A DNA stretch of 64,000 nt from Candidatus Aminicenantales bacterium (GTDB taxonomy: Bacteria; Acidobacteriota; Aminicenantia; Aminicenantales; UBA4085), in NCBI GenBank assembly GCA_049515535.1, contig JBEKTZ010000001.1, forward strand, positions 268,599 through 332,598, written 5' to 3'. Of this stretch, positions 7,584-22,284 are shown one piece after another. The notes beneath the pieces are model-generated. The model searched no databases and was not told the origin of the DNA. It saw only the letters and a program-made list of their open reading frames with translations. The translations under genes and the position numbers were made by a program. Position 1 is the first letter of the stretch, and each line of letters begins with the position of its first letter.

Positions 7584-10376
7584 ATGACCCTATCAGGGAA
7601 CCTCATCAGTCATTACCAGATCCTCCGCCAACTGGGTAAAGGCGGCATGGGCGAGGTCTGGCTGGCCCATGATACGGTCCTTGACCGTCAGGTCGCGATC
7701 AAATTTCTCCCGGAGAATCTTCAAGCCGATCCGACCACCAAGGAACGCTTCCTCCGCGAGGCGAAAGCGGCGGCGGCCCTCGACCATCCCTTCATCTGCA
7801 AGATCTATGAGACCGGAGAGAGCGGCGGCCGGACCTATATCGTCATGGAATACGTGGAGGGCTGCAACCTTCAGGATAAAATGAAGGAAGCGGAGATCTC
7901 CGCGCGCGACGCCCTCCAGATCGCCCTGGAAGTCGCCGAAGCTCTGGAAGTCGCCCATGCCAAGGGCATCGTCCACCGCGACCTGAAGCCGGCCAACATC
8001 ATGTGCACGCCGCAGGGCCACGCCAAGGTCATGGACTTCGGCATCGCCAAGCGCATCCTGCCCGGACCGGAATCCGCCCAGGCCACCTTGACCCAAACGG
8101 GGGTCACCGCCCAGGGCATGATCATGGGCACTATCGATTACATGTCGCCCGAGCAGGCCAGGGGCGTCCCGGTGGACGGCCGGAGCGACATCTTCTCGCT
8201 GGGTGTCATTCTCTACGAAATGCTGTCCGGAAAACATCCTTTCGCCAAGCTGACCCCGATCGAGACCCTGACCTCGGTCCTCAAAGACCCCGTCCCCTCA
8301 TTCGTGGTCAAGCCAAAGAATATCAATCCAGCCGCTCACTATATCATCAAGAAATGCCTGGCCAAGAAGCCCGAGGACCGCTACGCGACTATCAAGGAAT
8401 TCTCGGCCGAAATCAGGAAAGTCCGGGACGAGGTTGTGGGCAAGGGCTGGATCTTCCCGCGAAGATGGCAGGCGATTGCGGCGGCCGCTCTGGCCGTGCT
8501 CGTCGTCTTTCTAGTTCTCTGGCGTTTCGTTTTTCAACCGAGAGGGCCGTCGGCAAAGTCCGCTCCGGAGCCGGTCTCCGTTCTCGTCGCGGACTTCGAT
8601 AACCGCACCGGCGAGACCGTCTTCAACGGCGCCGTGGAACAGGCGCTGATCCTGGGCCTGGAAGACGCCTCGTTCATCAACATATATAAACGCGAAGACG
8701 CCCGGAAAAAGGCCGGCCAGCTCGACCCGAACTCCGGGGGGAAGCTCGACACAAAACTCGGCCAGCTCGTCTGCCGCAGTGAAGGCATCCCCGTCCTCGT
8801 CGAAGGGTCGATCGAAAACGGACGGTCGGGTGACTATAGGGTCAAAGTCAAAGCCGTCGATCCGGTGAGTTCCACGGTGATCACCGAGAAGGAAAAAAAG
8901 GTTTCCAAAAAAGCCGATGTGATGAATGCCGCCGCAGCCCTGTCCCTGCCGCTCTGTGAAGAGCTTGGCGGCAAAGGCTACGAAGCGGCCGGCCAGCTTT
9001 CCGTCGAAACGTTCACGACATCTTCGCTCGAAGCGATGAACGCCTATGCCCGGGCCCAGGAATCGATCAAACAGGGAAAACGGCCGGAGGCCATCGAGGA
9101 GTACCAGCGGGCCATCAAGGAGGACCCGAACTTCGGCCGGGCCTACTCCGGATTGGCCGTGGCCTTTCAGAACGCGGGGGAGCTGAAAAAAGCCGCGGAA
9201 TATCAACAACTGGCCCTGGCCCGGCTCGACAGCATGAACGACCGCGAAAAATTCAGGACCCGCGGAATTTGGTACCTGATGACCAAGAACTATCAAAAAG
9301 CCATCGAAGAATTCAGCGCTCTGGTCGGGCGATTTCCCGGAGATTCGGCCGGTCACAACAACCTGGCCTATGCCTACTATATCGCCCGGGACATGGCCAA
9401 GGCCGTTGAACACGGGCTTCATTACGTTAAAATCTATCCTAAAAACATCAATGGACAGGGCAACCTGGCCTGGTACGCGATCGGCGCGGGCGACTTTTCC
9501 ATGGCTCTTGTCCAGGCCAAAAAAGCGCTTGAGCTGAACCCAAAATTCGAGAAAGCCTGCGTCTGCGCCGCTCTCTCCGAAATCGGCCAGGGACGGAGCG
9601 ACGAAGCAGAGGCCTGGTATCAAAAGCTCGAGCCCCTCAGCTTTCTTGGAGCGTCGTTGGCGGCTATCGGCCGGGCCGATATCGCCCTTTACGAAGGCCG
9701 GCTGTCCGCTGCGGCCAAGATCCTCGAAAATGGCCTCGAGGCCGACCTGAAGAATAACAAACCCGATATGGCCGCCGAAAAATGGATCATGCTCGGCCAG
9801 GTCAGGCTCGGCCAAGGGCAAAAATCAAAAGCTGTGGAAGCGGCCGACCGGGCGATTGCCTTGATACCGGAGGTCAATATCGCCTTCCCTGCAGCCGAGA
9901 TTTACAGCGAGGGAGGAAAAGACGAGAAGGCCGCGGCTTTGGCCAAAGACCTCGAGGCAAAATTGGAGCCGGAGCCGCGCGCTTACGCCAAGCTCATCGA
10001 AGGCCTTTTAGCCGAAAAAAAAAGCCGGACGAACGAGGCCATCACGGCCTTCATAGAAGCCCAAAACATCGTCGATACATGGATCGGCCGCTTGGCCCTA
10101 GGCCGGGCTTATCTAAAAGCCGGAGCATTCGCCGAAGCTCATTCGGAACTCGAAAAATGCGACAAACGGCGCGGCGAAGCGGCGGCGGTCTTTCTGAACG
10201 ATATCCCGTCGTTCAGATATGTGCCCCAAGTTTATTATTATTTGGGCCGGGCCCAGGAGGGACTCAAGAGTCCGGCAGCCAAGGAATCTTATCAAAAATT
10301 CTTAAAAATCAAGGAGAAGGCCGAGGCGGGCGATTCCATGGTCGAGGACGCCCGGAAGAGGACCAGCAAACCATAA
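7584..10376 (+). CDS. Hanks-type Ser/Thr protein kinase with TM segment and C-terminal TPR repeats
   Basis: LGKGGMGEV, VAIK, HRDLKPANI, DFG, YMSPEQ, SDIFSLG; TM AAAALAVLVVFLVLW; helical TPR-like repeats. Confidence 0.93.
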   Translation: MTLSGNLISHYQILRQLGKGGMGEVWLAHDTVLDRQVAIKFLPENLQADPTTKERFLREAKAAAALDHPFICKIYETGESGGRTYIVMEYVEGCNLQDKMKEAEISARDALQIALEVAEALEVAHAKGIVHRDLKPANIMCTPQGHAKVMDFGIAKRILPGPESAQATLTQTGVTAQGMIMGTIDYMSPEQARGVPVDGRSDIFSLGVILYEMLSGKHPFAKLTPIETLTSVLKDPVPSFVVKPKNINPAAHYIIKKCLAKKPEDRYATIKEFSAEIRKVRDEVVGKGWIFPRRWQAIAAAALAVLVVFLVLWRFVFQPRGPSAKSAPEPVSVLVADFDNRTGETVFNGAVEQALILGLEDASFINIYKREDARKKAGQLDPNSGGKLDTKLGQLVCRSEGIPVLVEGSIENGRSGDYRVKVKAVDPVSSTVITEKEKKVSKKADVMNAAAALSLPLCEELGGKGYEAAGQLSVETFTTSSLEAMNAYARAQESIKQGKRPEAIEEYQRAIKEDPNFGRAYSGLAVAFQNAGELKKAAEYQQLALARLDSMNDREKFRTRGIWYLMTKNYQKAIEEFSALVGRFPGDSAGHNNLAYAYYIARDMAKAVEHGLHYVKIYPKNINGQGNLAWYAIGAGDFSMALVQAKKALELNPKFEKACVCAALSEIGQGRSDEAEAWYQKLEPLSFLGASLAAIGRADIALYEGRLSAAAKILENGLEADLKNNKPDMAAEKWIMLGQVRLGQGQKSKAVEAADRAIALIPEVNIAFPAAEIYSEGGKDEKAAALAKDLEAKLEPEPRAYAKLIEGLLAEKKSRTNEAITAFIEAQNIVDTWIGRLALGRAYLKAGAFAEAHSELEKCDKRRGEAAAVFLNDIPSFRYVPQVYYYLGRAQEGLKSPAAKESYQKFLKIKEKAEAGDSMVEDARKRTSKP

Positions 10377-10441
10377 CTCAGAGGCCCTCTATATCAGAAT
10401 ATCATCTAGCCCCTCGCGCCATAACTTTACAGGCGCCAAGC

Positions 10442-13400
10442 CTATCTTATCTTTCCCGGTAGCACACCGATATTTGGCATGTAGTCGAGACAACCTGTGT
10501 ATCCACCACCTCCCAGCGAGGCAGAAGATATGACCTTGAAATTCAGCCTGCCATCATCATTATTAAGCAGAGATAAGGGTATCTTAGCTTCCATGCCATT
10601 GGTCTGCAAGGTGAGATTGACGAAGCCGACAAAGGTAAAATTGTTGCAACTTCCATTATATATATAAACGCTTGCCTGGAGAGGAGAGTAGTTTGGCTCC
10701 ATATTTACAATAAACTCGCTTCCTAGCAGTGAGGCATCATCAATGCAGCCTGCATTCACACCCGGATGCCCGGTTGAGGGATTCTGGTCCGTATCAAGCA
10801 TGAACTGGGCACAAGACGAAGCGGGACCGAAAGAGCCGGCTGCAAATTGAACATTCAGAACCAGGTCCGTACCCGTCACGGTACCAGTGGCAGATACAAG
10901 GTCAGGAGATGTAACACCGGGGTATGGAGAAGTATCGCCAGCCGGATCTGTCACAAAACCGAACAACTCTGTGTATGTAGTAAAAATTAAATCTGTGCTT
11001 TGTGGATCTGCGATTCCAGTACAACCATACATTGTTCCTGCAGGGTAAGAGTTAGGGCTGCCTGCATCATTTCCCATCCAGGTCAAAATACGGCTGTCAG
11101 TGGAAGTCCATTCTATGACGTAGGTATTTCCAGCAGTAACTCCTATCGGCACTGGAAAATAATAAAATACTTCTGTGGAGTTTGAATCATGAACATAAGT
11201 CACCGCTGTCCCAATAACTGTGCCAGAAGGGCTGTCAGCTCTGATTTTAACTGTAGAGTTAATCCCACCTGCAGGGAAGCCTCCTCCTGCTCTTAACCGA
11301 AGTTTCACAGCAGTAAGAGGATTAAGTCCGGGTTTGAAGGATTGAAATAATGCTCCAGGAGTTGTGCCACATCCATAACTGGTTCCAGTCGCTATATCAT
11401 TCACTTGATCGGGGTGATATGGAGGCGGGGAAATGACATTAAAAGCAGTGGAGACAGCCTGAGTCAAATTGCCTGATGTGCTCTTTAGAGTAAAGGCTCC
11501 TGCAGTATCTAGGCTTACATCATCAAAGGTGGCAATACCACCTGCCGCTGCTTTTGATAGAGTCCCATGCAAGGTGCCAGTTCCACTATTCACTGCGATA
11601 TTCACTACATTTGTGGCCGTAGTCACCAGATTATTGTTACTACCCAGTATTTTGACGGTAAATGAAGGAATAGCAGAATCGACAAACGTACTAGTCGGCT
11701 GTTGATCAAAAGCCAGCTTAACAGCAGTTTCCACGATTGCGCTTACTGTAAAAATAAATGGAGTCAAGGTGGTCCCAACATAATGATTGACCGAATCATA
11801 GGCACCAACCTGCCAAGTGTAGTTCGTCCCCACCGTCAGGGCCGTGGTCACCGCATAACTCGTTGTCGTGCTCGGCCCTTGCTCTACCAGGGTCCAAGGA
11901 GAGGTGATATTCACCTGAACAGTATACCTCGCCGCCTGAGGATTGGCCTGCCAGGTCAAAGTCGGCTTTAAGACGGTCACGGTCGAAGCGTTGGGAGGCG
12001 ACACCAACGTCATCTTCTTCGGCAAATCAATATCATGTGTGAGATTGGTCCCGGATACTTGAATCGGCTGGCTGATCGAGCCGACGTATTCAGAACTCGG
12101 GCCGATAGCTTTTACTTCATACGAGCCGTTTGCCACGGAGGAAAAGCTGTATCGACCGCTCGTGTCCGTTGTCGTTTGTTGGATCGGCGGTTCCGCCGGC
12201 GGTGACGAATAAAGCTTAACGGCTACGCCGCTCAGCCCTGTCGTCGAGTAAAAGACCGTGCCCGAAACCGTATAGGTGGGAGGAGGGATCAGGAGGCTGA
12301 AAGCCTTCGGCGCGGTCTGCGGAGTCGGCGTTGAAGAATCGACAACCTTGATTGTGAAATTAAATGTACCAGCGGCTGTCGGTGTGCCGCTGATAGCTCC
12401 CGTGTCGGCGTTGAGCGATAACCCGGCGGGCAGTGAGCCTGAGGTTTTGCTCCAGGTGTAGTGAGGCTTTCCGCCAAGGGCGACAAGGTACACGTTGTAG
12501 GCTGTATTCAGCGTTCCGTTGGGAAGAGAACTATTCCAAATCGTGAGGGTTGTAATGGGGCTGGAGATGGGCGGAGTTGGATGAGGATCATTTTCATTCA
12601 CGGAATTCACGGCCTGGCCCGTGGTCACGCCTGTAATAGGAGTCTTCGTCGGGTCGAACTTAACGTTGTCGTATTTATTCGGGTCATACACCCTCAGCGT
12701 AATATAGGCTTTATCGCCCGGCGCCAGCCAGAGGGTGGCGTTCTCAATGTCGGGGTTCTCGATGTCCGGGTTCTCAATATCCGGGTTCTTGCTATCCGGA
12801 TTGAAGATGATGGGATTGATGATGTTGGCGATGAGCTCGTCATGGTGCTTCAAAGTCAAAAGGCAGGAGTTAGAGAGCGACGTCGCCGCCGGCGACGTGT
12901 GCACCCGGTAGATCAGAAGCTGGAACCCAAAGCCGGGATACTGGCTCCCCTTAAAGCCGGCCGAGATCATCTTGAACGCGTAGGCCGAGGCCGTATTCCC
13001 CGTATTCGCCACCTTCCAAGTGTAGTCCCTGATCGAGCCGTTCTCGATATCCGGGTTTGTGATGTCCGGGTTCTCGATGTCCGGGTTCAGCCAGCCCGGG
13101 TTCTCGATGTCGGGATTCTCAATATCCGGGTTCTCGATGTCCGGGTTCTCAATATCGGGATTGACGATGTCCGGGTTTTCGATATCCGGGTTCTCGATAT
13201 TCGGGTTGAGGACATTGACATTTTCAATATCCGGGTTCTCGATGTCGGGATTCTCAATATCCGGGTTATGAAGTTCGTTGTTCTCGATATCGGGGTTCTC
13301 GATGTCCGGGTTCTCGATATCCGGGTTGAGAACAACATAGCCTTTAAGCCCTCCGCTCACCGGGTTGCCGTTCGGGCCGCTAATCTCCCCCACGTCCACC

Positions 13401-15469
13401 CGGATCGAGCCAAAAAGTATACTGCCCGTGGCAAAGACGGTCCGGGAAACCGATGAATAACGCGCCACCTCCACTTCCAAGGTGGTCAGAGGCGTAAATT
13501 GCTTAAAGGACGCCGTCACTCCCGTCACCGGCACAATGGTCAACCGGAACCGCCTCTTTAGACTCGTCATGTTCTTCACGAAGACGACGAAGGTGTGCTT
13601 GTTCGCCGACCTGTTCAAGGGCTTCGTATTGACCGGCGAGCCGACGATGAGACCCCGAGTGAGGCTGGCCATATAGACGTCCTGGTTCCGCATGCTCGTC
13701 TGGCCGGGCAGACAGGTCGTCGCTGATTGAAACAGCGGGTCCTGCGTCGAGTAGGGAGGCACGTAGTTGCTCCAGTTGCCGTCCTTGGGCGGCTTGACGT
13801 TCCGGTTGTCCGTCCAAGCCACATGAAAGACAGGCGACTGATTTCCGTCGGTGTTGTACGTCCAGCCTCCGCCAGAAACAGGCAAAAACATCGGCGCCGG
13901 CGTGAGGTCCACATAGTCGCCGTGGAAAGGCCTCGTCCCTTCCTTGAACATGGGATAGTTCGGCGGGCTGAACTGGACCTGATGGAGCTGGCCCTTTGCA
14001 TCCGTCAGATGCAGGTAGCGGGAAACTTGGGCAGACGCCTCGAACAAGGGGCTGGCCGAGGCGGCGGCTTGAGCAGCCCGGACGTCTATGGTGTGCCGCT
14101 TTTCTTGGCCGGGCTCGTCGCTGATGTAGCTATGCCAATGTTGAGAAATATCGTACCTCTGATCATACCAGACGGCGGTGACCTTGCCCGCTGAATAAGA
14201 GAGCGCGGGCATGAACTGGTGGCCCGGCCCGCTGTGGTTGTCCACAGCCTGAGGAGTCGACCAGTTCTCTCCGCTTGCGGAAGTCGAGACCACGATCCGC
14301 GCGTCTCCTCCCGGCCCGACGCCCCGCTGGGCCCAGGCAAGATAGACGATCCCGTTATGGTCTACAGTGAGGGCCGGGTAGGTGTTCGTCCGGAAAGACG
14401 TGCCGGTCGTCCCCTGGTCAAAGGGCTGGACAGCCGCCACCGCCTGGGGATTGCTGAACTTCTTCCCGCCGTCCGTGGAATAGCAAAACATGATCGCGTG
14501 GCCATCATTGCCATGGGCGAACCGCCGCCAGGCCACATAGATATATCCGGTAGCCGGCGAAATGGCGATCGTTACCCCCTGATTCACGTGGGAGCTCTCC
14601 GACAGCTTGGTCGCTTTCTCCCATGTCGCGCCGCAGTCGATCGACCGGGCTAGATAGACCCGGCTGAAAGGATTGCTCGGGGCTTTGCCCGTGAAAATCG
14701 AATAAGCGAGGTAGACATTCCCAGCCGAGATCGTCTGGAACGGAATCCCCGAACCTTGGATCGTGACCCGCTTCGCCCCGCTCCGGGGTATGTCCACCGC
14801 CAGCCAGGGCTTATCTATGAACTGGCCTGCGTTGCCCTTGTCGATGATCTTGGCATCAATATATTTGATCGAATCAACGCTCTGGTTTTCACTATTGTTG
14901 TTATCGATGAGCCGGGCGACAAAAACAGAGTTCTCTGTCTGGTTCCGGTTGAAGGCCAGCCCGCTGTAATAAAACATGCCGCTCGTCCCCGCCTTGACCA
15001 CCGGGTCAGCCGCGGTTCCATAGGCTTTGAGCGGAGATGAGCTTCCCTGGCTTGTATAATCCAAGGGAAAGCCCGGAAGAAGCGAGCTCTTCCACGACTG
15101 GCCTCCATCAAAGGACTTGTATAAGCCCAGCCAGGCATCCCGCGCTGCCGCTCCCTCATAGCCCGGAATCTCTTCGTAGGGAATGAACATGTCCACGGTC
15201 CGATAGTCATTGGCCCCAGCCAGAATATGCATCGGATTCCGCGAGGAGACAGCGATCGAAGGCTCATTCTGCCGCTGCAGAAAAGGATCTCCCCACGGCA
15301 GCTGCTTGCCCGAAATCATATTGACGTTCCGGCCGGCGATTAAAGAGCCGTTTTGTTGAGCCGACATATCCTGATTGAATTGTTTGGTCGGACTCGATCC
15401 CATTCCGAAGAAACCGAACGAAGCTCCAAGAACGATAATCGCGGTAGTTAAGATGCGGCGATAGGACAT
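10442..15469 (-). CDS. Large secreted protein: sialidase/BNR-like propeller, NPDIE repeats, Ig-like and other beta-sandwich domains
   Basis: Signal peptide; Asp-box motifs SFDGGQSW, SIDCGATW, STDGGKKF; putative Ig motif GSLPAGLSLNADTGAISGTPT; TTTDTSGRYSF carboxypeptidase-regulatory-like motif. Confidence 0.8.
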   Translation of the reverse strand: MSYRRILTTAIIVLGASFGFFGMGSSPTKQFNQDMSAQQNGSLIAGRNVNMISGKQLPWGDPFLQRQNEPSIAVSSRNPMHILAGANDYRTVDMFIPYEEIPGYEGAAARDAWLGLYKSFDGGQSWKSSLLPGFPLDYTSQGSSSPLKAYGTAADPVVKAGTSGMFYYSGLAFNRNQTENSVFVARLIDNNNSENQSVDSIKYIDAKIIDKGNAGQFIDKPWLAVDIPRSGAKRVTIQGSGIPFQTISAGNVYLAYSIFTGKAPSNPFSRVYLARSIDCGATWEKATKLSESSHVNQGVTIAISPATGYIYVAWRRFAHGNDGHAIMFCYSTDGGKKFSNPQAVAAVQPFDQGTTGTSFRTNTYPALTVDHNGIVYLAWAQRGVGPGGDARIVVSTSASGENWSTPQAVDNHSGPGHQFMPALSYSAGKVTAVWYDQRYDISQHWHSYISDEPGQEKRHTIDVRAAQAAASASPLFEASAQVSRYLHLTDAKGQLHQVQFSPPNYPMFKEGTRPFHGDYVDLTPAPMFLPVSGGGWTYNTDGNQSPVFHVAWTDNRNVKPPKDGNWSNYVPPYSTQDPLFQSATTCLPGQTSMRNQDVYMASLTRGLIVGSPVNTKPLNRSANKHTFVVFVKNMTSLKRRFRLTIVPVTGVTASFKQFTPLTTLEVEVARYSSVSRTVFATGSILFGSIRVDVGEISGPNGNPVSGGLKGYVVLNPDIENPDIENPDIENNELHNPDIENPDIENPDIENVNVLNPNIENPDIENPDIVNPDIENPDIENPDIENPDIENPGWLNPDIENPDITNPDIENGSIRDYTWKVANTGNTASAYAFKMISAGFKGSQYPGFGFQLLIYRVHTSPAATSLSNSCLLTLKHHDELIANIINPIIFNPDSKNPDIENPDIENPDIENATLWLAPGDKAYITLRVYDPNKYDNVKFDPTKTPITGVTTGQAVNSVNENDPHPTPPISSPITTLTIWNSSLPNGTLNTAYNVYLVALGGKPHYTWSKTSGSLPAGLSLNADTGAISGTPTAAGTFNFTIKVVDSSTPTPQTAPKAFSLLIPPPTYTVSGTVFYSTTGLSGVAVKLYSSPPAEPPIQQTTTDTSGRYSFSSVANGSYEVKAIGPSSEYVGSISQPIQVSGTNLTHDIDLPKKMTLVSPPNASTVTVLKPTLTWQANPQAARYTVQVNITSPWTLVEQGPSTTTSYAVTTALTVGTNYTWQVGAYDSVNHYVGTTLTPFIFTVSAIVETAVKLAFDQQPTSTFVDSAIPSFTVKILGSNNNLVTTATNVVNIAVNSGTGTLHGTLSKAAAGGIATFDDVSLDTAGAFTLKSTSGNLTQAVSTAFNVISPPPYHPDQVNDIATGTSYGCGTTPGALFQSFKPGLNPLTAVKLRLRAGGGFPAGGINSTVKIRADSPSGTVIGTAVTYVHDSNSTEVFYYFPVPIGVTAGNTYVIEWTSTDSRILTWMGNDAGSPNSYPAGTMYGCTGIADPQSTDLIFTTYTELFGFVTDPAGDTSPYPGVTSPDLVSATGTVTGTDLVLNVQFAAGSFGPASSCAQFMLDTDQNPSTGHPGVNAGCIDDASLLGSEFIVNMEPNYSPLQASVYIYNGSCNNFTFVGFVNLTLQTNGMEAKIPLSLLNNDDGRLNFKVISSASLGGGGYTGCLDYMPNIGVLPGKIR
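12740..13327 (-). repeat. 15-bp tandem repeats encoding NPDIE pentapeptides (blocks 13040-13327 and ~12740-12817)
   Basis: Units like aacccggacatcgag with synonymous variation; 19 in-register N-initiated pentapeptides in the larger block. Confidence 0.95.
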
Positions 15470-15758
15470 GATAACCCCCTTAGATGGTTTTTTCGGCTGA
15501 TGGCGGGTCGGTTTTCAGAAAAAAGTGCGGACATCCTTCCCCGTAGAGTAGAAATATACGCCCCGGCATTACCTTTTCCCAAAAGACAAAAAAACTTTTG
15601 CCTTTTATATGTTACGGAATTCCCGTCTTCCCTATGGCCGAATTGTTACACAAGAAAATCGGCAAAGTCAAGCGTTATTTTCAATGGATTCAGCATCATC
15701 CGGCGGGGATGGATAGGGCTGCAAATATCTTTGAGGGGTCGGCTTTTGTTGATGAAGT

Positions 15759-15810
15759 GGGGTCGCGTTTAGACTTCCCACTTTTTAGTGGAAAGTGCAG
15801 ACCCGACCCC
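15759..15810. repeat. REP-like imperfect palindrome downstream of gyrA
   Basis: ggggtcgcgtttagacttcccact-tttt-agtggaaagtgcagacccgacccc. Confidence 0.65.
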
Positions 15811-15817
15811 GGGATTC

Positions 15818-18349
<2,532 letters not shown>

Positions 18350-18352
18350 GGT

Positions 18353-20788
<2,436 letters not shown>

Positions 20789-20812
20789 TCATATGTTCCG
20801 CCTGCTTTTTTG

Positions 20813-20841
20813 AAGATAAAATTATATAAAAATGAGGTCAA
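20813..20841 (-). promoter_or_regulatory. Putative gyrBA promoter
   Basis: TTGACC(20841-20836)-17-TATCTT(20818-20813). Confidence 0.55.
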
Positions 20842-20868
20842 AAAGTAAAGCTTTTTCGAGACTCGAAT

Positions 20869-20916
20869 CCACAATATTTTGTGGCGGCGGCAGCCGGATC
20901 TCACAATCTTTTGGGG
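20869..20916. promoter_or_regulatory. Tandem NrdR-box-like sites
   Basis: ccacaatattttgtgg (20869-20884) and tcacaatcttttgggg (20901-20916), 32 bp apart, resembling acaCwAtATaTwGtgt. Confidence 0.6.
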
Positions 20917-21072
20917 TCTCGAGCGAAATCACCGATTCCAAAAAAGAGGGCCGCGACTTTTCCCAAAAAAGCCCCGGCTTCCGCGGCGGAACGGCGGGGA
21001 CGCGGGGGGAGGAAAATTGGTCTTTTCGCGCTTTTTTGCTATGATGACGAGGCAGGCCATGGAGGTATCGCC

Positions 21073-22263
21073 ATGATGGATAAAGCCGTCCGGAGCCGCA
21101 AGCTCGCTTCAAAAATCTTGCCGTCGCTGGTCATGATGACCTTCGTTCTCGTCTGGTCCGGCTGCGCTCGAAAGACCAGGATTCCCGGGCAATTATTTGT
21201 CCTGGCCCAAGGGAACGTTTTCGTCATCACCCAGAACTCCATCCAAACGCTCGTCACGGACGTCGCGACGGCGGCCATGTCGCCGGACGGAAATTATTTG
21301 CTCTACGCCTTGAAAGACCAGACGTTCCTCCGGGATTTATCGACTGGACTCGACAAGTCCGTCCTGAACGAAAGCGCCCGGACGATGGGATGGAACGCCG
21401 ACGGATCGCGGTTCTTCATCATGACGGGCTGTGAAACCAATCGTCTCTTCGCCGGGAGAATCCAGGGCAACGTCATGAAAATCTTTCAGGGCGGGAAGGC
21501 CCTCTATGGCGCAGAAGACGATTCATCGACCGCGCAGGAAATGAGGTGCGGGGAGCTGGGTAGCTGCCTGTTCCTCGCGAAGAACACGCTCGTCTTTTCC
21601 GCGTTCGACGGGCCGATGCCGCGCCGGACCGACGAGGCGGAGATCTTCGCCAACAAAGCCTTCCTCGTCCAGCTCGACGCCACGCCGCTCCTCGTCAAGA
21701 CCACCGACTTCCCGAGCCAGGAACGATGGAAATTCGTGGACGTCTCCAAGGGAAACGATTCGGTCCTCTTGTCCGTGGAGAGGAACCCCGAGAATCTCAC
21801 GCTGTTCGAGCACTCCATTTACGTGACTCCCCTTTTTCATGAATGGAGCCAGCTCTCTTTTCAAAACGAGATCCAGCAGAATATCTACCGTTGGGAGAAC
21901 GGGAGCTGGGGCGTCGAAGGCGAATTGGCGCTGGTTTTTACGCCAAAGACGAATCGGCTGTTCGGCCTCGGAATTGAAACGACGGACAAGGGACCGCGGC
22001 AATATTTCATCCAGATCGACCCGGAAAGCGGGCAAACGGTGCGGGGAGCCGACATGGAATCCGGCCAGATCATCAATCGTCCGGTCTTCGATCCCGAAGA
22101 ACGGTACGCGGCCATCCTCATGCTGGTCGATCAAGGAACGCGAGAACATGTGACCATTCTTGACCTGCCGACCAACGAGCGTTTTTCCGCCTGGGAAATC
22201 AAGGCTCCCAAGGGATACGCGTTCGACGCGAAGCGCGACCGGCTGCTCGCCTGGATCCAGTGA
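21073..22263 (+). CDS. Putative lipoprotein, beta-propeller/TolB-like
   Basis: GGAGG RBS, lipobox VWSG-C, motifs MSPDGNYLLY and WNADGSRF. Confidence 0.6.
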   Translation: MMDKAVRSRKLASKILPSLVMMTFVLVWSGCARKTRIPGQLFVLAQGNVFVITQNSIQTLVTDVATAAMSPDGNYLLYALKDQTFLRDLSTGLDKSVLNESARTMGWNADGSRFFIMTGCETNRLFAGRIQGNVMKIFQGGKALYGAEDDSSTAQEMRCGELGSCLFLAKNTLVFSAFDGPMPRRTDEAEIFANKAFLVQLDATPLLVKTTDFPSQERWKFVDVSKGNDSVLLSVERNPENLTLFEHSIYVTPLFHEWSQLSFQNEIQQNIYRWENGSWGVEGELALVFTPKTNRLFGLGIETTDKGPRQYFIQIDPESGQTVRGADMESGQIINRPVFDPEERYAAILMLVDQGTREHVTILDLPTNERFSAWEIKAPKGYAFDAKRDRLLAWIQ

Positions 22264-22284
22264 TTCGCTAGGAAAGAGACGATC

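Noticed and set aside
12740..13327. 15-bp repeats as a CRISPR array
   Set aside because: Contiguous in-frame coding repeats with no unique spacers and no cas genes
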